From positions 7,968,001-8,032,000 of the forward strand of contig OZ244207.1 in assembly GCA_965216875.1 (NCBI GenBank): DNA of 64,000 nucleotides. Reading direction: 5' to 3'. This DNA comes from Rubripirellula sp. Its GTDB lineage: Bacteria > Planctomycetota > Planctomycetia > Pirellulales > Pirellulaceae. Positions 31,310 to 40,000 of the stretch are shown here, one piece after another (within the stretch, counting starts at the first letter, position 1; each line of letters starts with the position of its first letter). The translations under genes and the position numbers were made by a program. The notes beneath the pieces were generated by a model. It was not told where the DNA came from. It did no database searches and was given only the letters and a program-made list of their open reading frames with translations.

Positions 31310-31936
31310 CTACATCAGAGAGTCAAGTTGCGTCAAAAGCGCCTTGATCGAGGGGCGGTCGCTCGGATCACGTCCGACGTAGGACAACACCACCTGCCCC
31401 TCTTTGTCGATGATGAACGATGACGGAAATGCCACTCTCGCTTCGATATCAAGCTGTTTGACGGCCGTCAGGTTTTCATCCAGCAAAATGGGGAACGGAA
31501 AATTGGCTTCCGACGAATCCTTCAAGCTTGCTTGACGAAAGTCATCGATCTGGCCGGTTTTGCCTGGATAGACAAGCAAGACTTCGGTGTTGCGTTCCAC
31601 GAATTTCTCGTAGTTGGCAATCAAACGAGAGGTCTGTGTTGTGCAATAGGGACAGATCTGGCCAGAAAAGCCACGTGTGAAGACGAGCAGAACATGTTGG
31701 TTGCCGATGAAGTCGGCGAGTTTGACTGATTGGCCGTTCGTGTCGACAAACTCGAGATCGGTCACGCTGCCGGGAGATTCGCGGTTCGTTTCGACGCTCT
31801 CTTCGAATTCAATGCTCGCGGGATCAAAATCGTAGTAAGACGATGTCGATGGTGATTGGGAGCAGCCAAGTGTGCCCAGGACTGGCAACAGCGTCACCAG
31901 CAATATCAAGGCTGTTGATCGAGACATGAAGTCCAT
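31310..31936 (-). CDS. AhpC/TSA (redoxin) family lipoprotein
   Basis: TLGC lipobox-like motif; FTRGFSGQICPYC; PSSFIIDKEG. Confidence 0.8.
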   Translation of the reverse strand: MDFMSRSTALILLVTLLPVLGTLGCSQSPSTSSYYDFDPASIEFEESVETNRESPGSVTDLEFVDTNGQSVKLADFIGNQHVLLVFTRGFSGQICPYCTTQTSRLIANYEKFVERNTEVLLVYPGKTGQIDDFRQASLKDSSEANFPFPILLDENLTAVKQLDIEARVAFPSSFIIDKEGQVVLSYVGRDPSDRPSIKALLTQLDSLM

Positions 31937-32077
31937 CCGAATCGATTTCGCTTCGATGTGTGAGTGAATTGACGATACGTCAGTATAGCGGTGAATCCCC
32001 CTAGGCTTGATACCAGTGGAGAGGGGGCGCGGCCAAAAAAACGCCCGCTCAGCAGGCAATTCAGGGTGAAACGGATC

Positions 32078-33262
32078 TCATGTCGTGTATTCGGAATTAA
32101 ACCGAACATATTCGACAGTCAGGTCGCTGGACCAGAACGATGCCGTGCCAGCGTCGTCGCCAACGATCAACTCGACTTTGACCTTTGCAGAAGCCTTCAT
32201 GGTTTTGCTTAATGCGGCCGCGTCGAATTCGAGAGGTGTCCCGTTTTCGTAGATGGGCACGTCACAAATCTTGAGCGAAGTTCGTTGGGGATTGATCTTT
32301 GCCGCCGCGTATCCAGCTGCTGAAACGATCCGCCCCCAATTCGGATCGCCGCCGGTAATGGCCGTTTTGACAAGCGGACTCGCGGCTACGGTACGTGCAA
32401 TCAGTTCCGCCGCATCGTCGTCTTGAGCCCCCACGACATCGATTGACATGTAGTGCGAGGCGCCTTCTCCGTCAGCAACAAGTTCTTTGGCTAGCTCGAT
32501 GGAAAGCTCATCAAGTGATTCGCCGAAACGATCGAGGTCTTCCCCAGCGAGCGGTTCGCCTTTTCCGCTGCACAACAGAAGTAGCGTGTCATTGGTACTT
32601 GTGTGCCCGTCCACGCTGCAGCGATTGAATGACACATTGGTTGCGTTGACCAAGAGTCTTTGGGCATCCTCGGCGGTCAGGCAAGCGTCGGTGCAAACGA
32701 CGGCCAACATGGTTGCCATATTCGGTGCGATCATGCCTGCACCTTTTGCCATTGCTGCGAGTCGAATCGTTTCGGCACCATGGGGGATGCTTCGAAACGC
32801 AATCTTTCGCGATGCATCGGTGGTCAAGATCGCATCTGCGGCGTCAAGGAAATTGGATTCGCTGCTGGCTGTTTTCGACGTCGCTTCGTCAATGCCTTTT
32901 CGAATTGCGTCCATCGGCAGTAAGGTTCCAATCACACCGGTGCTCATCACCAACACATCTTCGGGAGCACAGCCGATTGCCTCGGCAACGCGTTGGCACA
33001 TCTCTTGAGCATCGCTTTCTCCTTGGGCGCCGGTGCAGGCGTTGGCATTGCCGCTGTTGGTGACGATAGCGCGGATGGAGGTCGATGGCGTGCGCTGCCG
33101 GCAAAGCGTCACGGGCGCAGCGACCACCTGGTTTTGGGTGTAGACCCCTGAAGCGACGACGGGGGCGTCGCAAACGATCAACGAAAGGTCCGGTTTTCCG
33201 CTTGGCTTGATTCCACATGCCAGGCCAGCGAATTGAAAACCGGCGGGCAGCTTGTCGTTCAT
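32078..33262 (-). CDS. argJ: Glutamate N-acetyltransferase / ornithine acetyltransferase
   Basis: NSGNANACTG, STGVIG, KGAGMIAPNMATML, SVDGHTSTND, DGEGA, DPNWGRI. Confidence 0.96.
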   Translation of the reverse strand: MNDKLPAGFQFAGLACGIKPSGKPDLSLIVCDAPVVASGVYTQNQVVAAPVTLCRQRTPSTSIRAIVTNSGNANACTGAQGESDAQEMCQRVAEAIGCAPEDVLVMSTGVIGTLLPMDAIRKGIDEATSKTASSESNFLDAADAILTTDASRKIAFRSIPHGAETIRLAAMAKGAGMIAPNMATMLAVVCTDACLTAEDAQRLLVNATNVSFNRCSVDGHTSTNDTLLLLCSGKGEPLAGEDLDRFGESLDELSIELAKELVADGEGASHYMSIDVVGAQDDDAAELIARTVAASPLVKTAITGGDPNWGRIVSAAGYAAAKINPQRTSLKICDVPIYENGTPLEFDAAALSKTMKASAKVKVELIVGDDAGTASFWSSDLTVEYVRFNSEYTT

Positions 33263-33534
33263 CTAAGTTGACCTTGAGGCGATGATTTGTTCGTGCATGG
33301 TTGTGCTCGCGGCCGTTTCGCGGTTCTTTCCACGAGGGAAAAACTCGGTGCAGTGAGCAAAGCAGTCGAGTGGGCGAAAAAGAGGCCCGATTGGCGAGCG
33401 ACGATAATGTTGTAGGTTTGACCGGCGTGAACAATCCCCATTCGTGGTGCGAACCAGTAGACAGGTCGCGATTTTTGTCGCGAGAACCTGCCTCCGTTAC
33501 GGGCTTCGAGACGATCGACAAGAGTCATGGCGCC

Positions 33535-34503
33535 GTGAGCAATGTCGCTGAAGAACAACGAGACGAGGCCGCAGCCCAGCTAGCTGGCGAGCCGTCCGAT
33601 GCTGGCGTGGTCGTCCAAACCGCGGGTCTGAGCAAACGCTACGGCGATGTCGACGCATTAAGTGATTGTTCGGTTCAGGTCTTTTCTGGCGAAGTTTTTG
33701 GACTGCTAGGACCCAACGGGGCGGGCAAGACGACGCTGATCCGATTGTTGCTCGGTTTTCTGCAACCGACCGCGGGAAGGTCTCTGATCGGCGGTGTCTC
33801 GCCCCAAGAGGACGGAATCGCGGTGCGGCGACAAGTCGCATACCTGCCAGGCGATGCTCGCTTGCCTCGCCACATGCGCGGCAGAGGCGTGCTGCAGTTC
33901 TTCGCCGACATGCATCCCCAAGGTTCGCTCGAGCGCAGTTTGGCGGTCGCTGATCGGCTTGAGTTGGATTTGCGGCGGCGCGTCGCATTCATGTCGACCG
34001 GAATGCGACAGAAACTTGCACTCGCCGTGGTCCTCGGAGTCGATACGCCGCTGCTGATTTTGGACGAGCCGACCGCGAATCTTGATCCGACCATTCGCGG
34101 CGCCGTGCTCGACTTTGTCCTCGAAGCAAAGCAGGCCGGTCGCACGGTCATCTTTTCGTCGCATGTACTTAGCGAGATCGAAGAGACGTGTGATCGCGTT
34201 GCTTTTTTGCGGGGCGGGCGTTTGGCACATCAGCTCTCGATGAGCGACCTCTTTCAAAGACATCGCATCACCGCTTCGTTGTCATCGCAACCGATCGAAG
34301 TGCCCGAACGATTATGCAACTGTGCAAGTGTGTCTGAAGTGGGGATCGGGAATGCGAAGCACTTGCGGATTGATACGGCGGGCGATCTTGCACCACTGTT
34401 GTCGTGGCTTGATTCTCTGTCACTCGAAAAAGTCCGCATCGAACCGCTTGGCCTGAGAGCCGTCTATGACGCGGTGCATCAAGGAGCCGATATCGATGTT
34501 TGA
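33535..34503 (+). CDS. ABC-2 type transporter ATP-binding protein
   Basis: GPNGAGKTT, MSTGMRQK, LILDEPT, SSH; start uncertain. Confidence 0.9.
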   Translation: MSNVAEEQRDEAAAQLAGEPSDAGVVVQTAGLSKRYGDVDALSDCSVQVFSGEVFGLLGPNGAGKTTLIRLLLGFLQPTAGRSLIGGVSPQEDGIAVRRQVAYLPGDARLPRHMRGRGVLQFFADMHPQGSLERSLAVADRLELDLRRRVAFMSTGMRQKLALAVVLGVDTPLLILDEPTANLDPTIRGAVLDFVLEAKQAGRTVIFSSHVLSEIEETCDRVAFLRGGRLAHQLSMSDLFQRHRITASLSSQPIEVPERLCNCASVSEVGIGNAKHLRIDTAGDLAPLLSWLDSLSLEKVRIEPLGLRAVYDAVHQGADIDV

Positions 34504-34532
34504 CCTGCGAACCGCTTGCAAGAGGTGTCGCC

Positions 34533-35498
34533 GTGATTGACCGCGTGCTTGTCAAAAAATACATCGGTCAATCGATGTTGTTGTTCTTTGCATGCGCCGC
34601 GACGCTTTTTGCATTTGCATGGGTACGTGTGTGGGTCGTGAGCTTGTTGGACATGGGGCAATTCAAAACGATTCTGGATCAGTTCCGCGAGTACGAACGG
34701 TTTGCCCCGATCGATTTTGATTCGATGTTTACCTATCCAGGTCGTGTGGGCATGACCTTCGATGAACCGATCGTGATCCTTTGCACCGTGATTTGGTGCT
34801 TTGCTCGCGGCAGCGACGTCGTCAGTGGCGAACTGGGACGTGGCACGCTCGAGATGTTGCTTGCTCAACCGATCAAGCGACGCACGCTGTTGGTATCGCA
34901 TGCAACGGTGTCGATCGTTGGTTTGGCGTTGCTTTGCCTGGCCGTTTGGGCGGGGATCGGCGTGGGCGTTCAAGCGACGACCGTCGAAGAGACGGTGCCG
35001 CCGCCGTCGGTACCGATTCCGTTTTTGAATTTGAACGTTCCCCTCAGCAATGCGCCACCAGAGATCGAGGTCTCGCCCTTGTCGGACCACGTCGACACCC
35101 AGACTTATGCGGCGTCGACGTTCCACCTTTTCTGCTTCGGATTCTTCCTGCTCGGGTTGTCGACAATGTTCAGCTGCTTTGACCGTTATCGTTGGCGGAC
35201 GATCGGTTGCGTGGTGGGTGTCTACATCCTGCAGTTGGTGATGTTTGGACTGGGAAAGGCTGCCGAGTCGCTCGATTGGCTACTCTCGCTGACGTTCTTT
35301 ACCTGCTACAAGCCACAAAAGATGACGTCGCTGGTCTCGGACGACGGCCTCGCGGCGCCCTGGGATTTGACGGCCGTGATGGATGGTGGCAGCTTACCCC
35401 CAATGGTCTACCCGCTGATCCTGGTCGCTCTGGGGGCGATCTGCTACGCCGTCGCCGATTGGAGATTCAGCCGCCGTGATCTGCCCGCTCCACTGTAG
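34533..35498 (+). CDS. ABC-2 type transporter permease
   Basis: Multiple TMs, GELGRGTLEMLLAQP, C-terminal FSRRDL. Confidence 0.88.
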   Translation: MIDRVLVKKYIGQSMLLFFACAATLFAFAWVRVWVVSLLDMGQFKTILDQFREYERFAPIDFDSMFTYPGRVGMTFDEPIVILCTVIWCFARGSDVVSGELGRGTLEMLLAQPIKRRTLLVSHATVSIVGLALLCLAVWAGIGVGVQATTVEETVPPPSVPIPFLNLNVPLSNAPPEIEVSPLSDHVDTQTYAASTFHLFCFGFFLLGLSTMFSCFDRYRWRTIGCVVGVYILQLVMFGLGKAAESLDWLLSLTFFTCYKPQKMTSLVSDDGLAAPWDLTAVMDGGSLPPMVYPLILVALGAICYAVADWRFSRRDLPAPL

Positions 35499-35588
35499 GC
35501 CTGATCAAGGATGTAGGCTGGATCATGGATGAAGGTTGGATCATGGATGTAGGTTGGATCAAGGAGCGACAGCGACGCAGATCCGGCA
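35494..35588 (+). repeat. Four tandem 18-bp units derived from the 5' end of a GTAGG-type REP
   Basis: TGTAGGCCTGATCAAGGA/TGTAGGCTGGATCATGGA/TGAAGGTTGGATCATGGA/TGTAGGTTGGATCAAGGA then GCGACAGCGACGCAGATCCGGC; full copy on minus strand at 52116-52154. Confidence 0.8.
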
Positions 35589-35859
35589 TGATCCCCGCGT
35601 TGCCATCTCGCCATCGGGTGGTCGTTTTTTCCGCCCTCTAAGCCCGAAAAGCCCAAGGATCCCGGGCGAAAGCCCGCGGCGACGAGCTTGCCCCCGAACC
35701 CCATCACCGAGCCATTCGTCCTTTTTCGAGGGTGAGGGCAGGCAAAAAGACCGGCAAAAGGGCCAGTGTGCCTTGCTGACCCAGGGGGCAAACGCTACAT
35801 TCGTGCCTCCAAAATCAACCAAAAATCCATTTCCAATAGTCCAATCCTGAGCAGATCTG

Positions 35860-36105
35860 ATGGCACATAAGAAAGGTCAGGGCTCCAGCCGCAACGGTCG
35901 CGATTCGAACGCCCAACGCCGCGGAGTCAAGAAATTTGGCGGCGAAAGCGTACGAGCTGGCAACATCTTGGTCCGCCAGGTAGGCACCAAGTTCCACCCT
36001 GGAAAAGGCGTCGGAGTCGGCAACGATTACACGTTGTTCGCTTTGGTCGATGGCCAAGTCATGTTCGACCAAAAAGGTCGTCGCGTGAACGTTGTTGCTT
36101 GCTAA
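35860..36105 (+). CDS. rpmA: 50S ribosomal protein L27
   Basis: [23 protein letters not shown]. Confidence 0.98.
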   Translation: MAHKKGQGSSRNGRDSNAQRRGVKKFGGESVRAGNILVRQVGTKFHPGKGVGVGNDYTLFALVDGQVMFDQKGRRVNVVAC

Positions 36106-36131
36106 GCAGCCGCTCGCAGAAAAATCAAACC

Positions 36132-36164
36132 AAAAACGCTCCGACTCAAATCGGGGCGTTTTTT
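36132..36164 (+). terminator. Intrinsic terminator after rpmA
   Basis: AAAAACGCTCCGA-loop-TCGGGGCGTTTTTT. Confidence 0.8.
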
Positions 36165-36190
36165 GTTGCGCCCCGCCCTACTACCTGACC

Positions 36191-36306
36191 GTAGCTACCT
36201 TCGCCAGAGGTGGGATGCGCGACGAGACCGGTCTCCACTGTCTCCACGCTCTGGCGAGCGTAGCTACGGAAGATTCAAGGCCCGGCGCTAGGCGCGTTCG
36301 GCTCAC
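36191..36306. repeat. REP doublet (GTAGCTAC family) plus GTGAG-family REP
   Basis: B+ 36191-36213, B- 36244-36267, A- 36279-36306 containing the NADAR stop codon. Confidence 0.8.
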
Positions 36307-36965
36307 TGGGGCAGAGCGTCGCGTACTTGCGTGAGGGCAAATCCGAGTAAGTTCTGCCCACGCCACAAGTTTGGGTCGAGCGATTTTGGATTGTTCACAC
36401 CTAAACCGATTCCCCAGATCGTGTCCCTGCCGGCTGCTTCAACCAGGATCACGTCGGACGGCTGGTCGGGGCGAACGACTGAAAACGGAGCCGGTTCTTC
36501 TGCCACTGCACGGACGGGGCTCTCGCCGGTCGCAATCTCTTGTTGCGCCGGATGCGCTTTCCATGCGGTCGATCTCAAGAACTCTGCCATGTCCTCGTTC
36601 TGGCTGAACTTCTCGCTGTTTCCACGATAGACAATGTCGAATTTGTGTTGGTCCCAGACGGCAGGATCGAAGTGAATGACCTTGCGACCCAGAGCCTTGG
36701 CTTCGCGTGGCGTTTCACACGCCAGGATTCTTTCGAGTGACGCGGCATCGTCAAACAGTCGCGCCTTTTCGGCCATCATCCAATGCTCGGCCGTTGGATA
36801 GTTGTCGCCATCAATTTGGAAGTCACGCACAAACCACTGGCTAAGACACGAAGCATCGACGCCTACTTCCGGTGGCTTGTGTCCGTAGAAGAGAAAGAAC
36901 CGAAATCGTTCGCCGCCCGACCAACGTTCAACCAAGTCCGATCGTCTCGTGGGTAGGTGCGTCAT
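36303..36965 (-). CDS. NADAR (YbiA-like) family protein
   Basis: CLSQW, YPTAEHWMMAEKARLF, KALGRKV, KFSQN, DTIWGIG, WRGQNLLG. Confidence 0.92.
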   Translation of the reverse strand: MTHLPTRRSDLVERWSGGERFRFFLFYGHKPPEVGVDASCLSQWFVRDFQIDGDNYPTAEHWMMAEKARLFDDAASLERILACETPREAKALGRKVIHFDPAVWDQHKFDIVYRGNSEKFSQNEDMAEFLRSTAWKAHPAQQEIATGESPVRAVAEEPAPFSVVRPDQPSDVILVEAAGRDTIWGIGLGVNNPKSLDPNLWRGQNLLGFALTQVRDALPQ

Positions 36966-37068
36966 TTCGAATCTTTCGTTTTCGCGGAATCAACGTTCTT
37001 CGTTTGCCGCTGTAGGACGATTCACCACTCATTCGAGTTCGCAGGGACTGTGAAAGATTTGAGTTTTT

Positions 37069-40000
37069 TTAGCTGCCGAAGTTGGTGCGGAAGGCAGCGA
37101 AGTCGAACAAGTTCACGGCAGCGACGCCTTCTGCATTGAAGTGTTCGAGGTAGCCATCCATCCCCGCCTCTTTTCCATAGGTCGATCGGAACGAGGCAAA
37201 GTCAAACAGGTCAACGGTGCCGTTGCCATTGCCATCGCCGTAACGACGGAAAAAATCGTCGTTGGCGTGTGTTCCAAACTCCAGGTCGGATTCCATTGCT
37301 ACCGAGTGATCAACGGTTGTGATTTGTGACGCAACGATATCCAAGATGTAATCACCATCGGCCAGCGTGTGTCCGTCGTTTGTCCGCGTCACAACGCCAG
37401 TTCCCGGTAGGAAAGTCATCACCGAGACCGTGTTTCCATCGACCAACGACGAACTGACCGCGAGGTGTTCGACGAGCTGTCCGTTGTCGGCGCGTCGGAT
37501 CGCGAAGGCGCCCGGACCAACATCGACTTGAGAGTCAAAAGCAACCGCAACCTGAGTCAAACTTGACCGTTGGTCGTTGCCGTCGTTGATCACGATCTGG
37601 GCAACATTGGGGCGTGGGCCGAGAATTTGAACACGATAGTCCTCGACTTCACCGTCCCAGGCCAAGCCGTGTGAGCCGAGCCCGCCAGCGGTACTGACAC
37701 GCACACGTGCGTACGTTTCTCCCACAACCGCTCCGCTTGGTACCGCGAAGTTGAGTGTTTGGAGACCGGCCACCAGTGGCGCGGAATCCAAAATTCGCTC
37801 ATTCGCTGAGAACTGGCCATCCGCGTTGAAGTCGATCCAAGCGTCGACTTTGGCGGCGCCGGCGCCTTGCAAATCGACGTTCACGCCAGCCAAGGCATTG
37901 CCAGCGTGGATTTCGCCAAACATCACGCCGTCGTCGTCACTTCCGTCTCCGTCGGCCAACAAGGTGGGTTGACCATCGACCTCTGCGTCGCGACTTGCGC
38001 CCAACTGCGGGCCAGATGCAACGTGACGCGCACCGTTGGTCTGGTGGAGTGTCCGTAGCGAGTCGGGCGCATCGCCGTAGTCGAGCGATAGCGGCCCATC
38101 ATCGTCAACGATCGTGATCTCAAAATCTTGGTCGCCAATGGTGATGGTGGTTGTTCGCGGTCCGTCCACCTCATCGTTGTCGATCGCTTGAAACGTGATC
38201 GATCGTTCAATGTTCCAGTTGGAATGGTCAAACGTCAGTGAATTCGGAAAGACGTTAATCAGGGTTGGATCGTCAACGGCAACCTCAACGACAAATGCTT
38301 CGGACAAATCAAGGTTGTCGATCGCCAAATCGGTGATGCGGACATCAAACCGACCGAGGTCGTCCGATTCCAGGACGGTCAATTGATTTGGAACGGCATT
38401 CGAGCGCGCATTGTGTGGGTTTCGGTCGTTGTGCAGGATCAACTGTTTCAGCCGCTCAGGGTCTCGCCCGGCGCGTTCCCAAATCACAGCACCGTCAGCC
38501 CGCAAGGTATGGAAGCCTTCTCCGACGTTGCCAAGTGGTCCGTAGGGATCATGGCGATCAAAGAGAATGTCGTCCGGTTTCGTCCACAGGACGGCGGCGT
38601 CATCGCCTGATTCGGCAACCAGAATCGTGTTGGCAAGACCATCAAGGAAGTCACGGAACCTTGGTCCCAAGCCAGTTGATGAAAAGGGCGCTCCATTGCG
38701 AAAAAGAAACTCGGGTGTGCCACCATCAACGAACGTCTGCAGCCGCGTCGTCACACTGTCCCAAGAATCGCCAACGCTGCGGTAGACATCTGGCATCAGC
38801 GGAAGCAGCGACAAGTTGTGTGGGCTGTCCCAAGGTTCGTCGAGATGAAATTGCTCCCACAGTGCTTGTTGTTCCAAGAACGGCAAGAGGTAGACACGCC
38901 AGCTCAGCAGCGGGCGGCCGTCGTCGTCCAACATCGACTCATTGAGGATTGGCAGTCGCTTGTAGGCAGAATGGTAGTTATGAAACGCGAGGCCCACCTT
39001 TTTGAGATCATTGCTTTGGTCTCGCTGGGCGTCTGGTCGATTGAGATCCGAGTGTTTGCGTTTTAGCGTGTTGGTATCAAGCGGTTCGCGACCGCTTTTG
39101 GTCACCAGCGCTGCAAAGGTTTCAGGATTGACATCGGTGGGCAGGTTGATCTGTGAGCCATCGGAAAGCAACACGCGGAATGCATCGCCGAGTAAAGTGC
39201 CGAGTCCACCGAGTGGGTCGCTTGGGTCAAATTGAATTTCATCGGGTTTGGTCCAAGGAACTGCCGCATCGGGACCGGCTTCGACAGCCATGGCCGTGTT
39301 GGCGAGGCCATCGAGAATGTCGCGAAAACGTGGGATGCGGTCACTGCCGTCGGCGTTGTAGCCGTAGAGGGCGCCGTTGCCCCAAAACGTTCGAAACCGC
39401 GTCGTGTTGCTGTCGGCCGGGTCCCCTTCGCTTCGAAACACGTCGGGCATTTCATCCAACAGCGACAAATTGTGTGGGCTGTCCCAAGGTTCGTCGTAGT
39501 GGAACCGTTCCCACAGATTTGAGTAACCGAGGAACGGTAGCAAGTAGACCCGCCAGCTCAGTTGGTAGTTGCCGTTTTCGTCGCGACCAACCACGCCTTC
39601 GTTAGGGGGCAATTGTTTGTAGGCCGAGTGGTAATTGTGGAAGCCAAGCCCGATGCGTTTGAGGTTGATCGTTTGCCGTTCACCTCCGGCGTCCCAATCG
39701 CCGTACACGGGCTCCCAATCACCATCGTCGATCGTTTGGCGGAACAGCGTATGGGCATCGACGTAAGGCTCGTCCAGATATTCACTTCGCGTCGCCAGGC
39801 TTTTGAAAACGTCGGCCTGGATGTCAGCTGGCAAGACGGCGGTTTGGCCGTCGAACATCGAGACCAGGATTCCATCCGCTGAAACCTCACCCAGTGTGTT
39901 GAGCGGGTTTTCCGTGTCGAACATCTGATCTTGAGGAGCCGTCCATGGAACGGCGCGATCAGCGCCGGTTTGGATCATCATGATCGTCTGCGACAAACCG

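Noticed and set aside
35494..35565. Possible CRISPR array
   Set aside because: The units are contiguous with no spacers, match a REP head, and no cas genes are present
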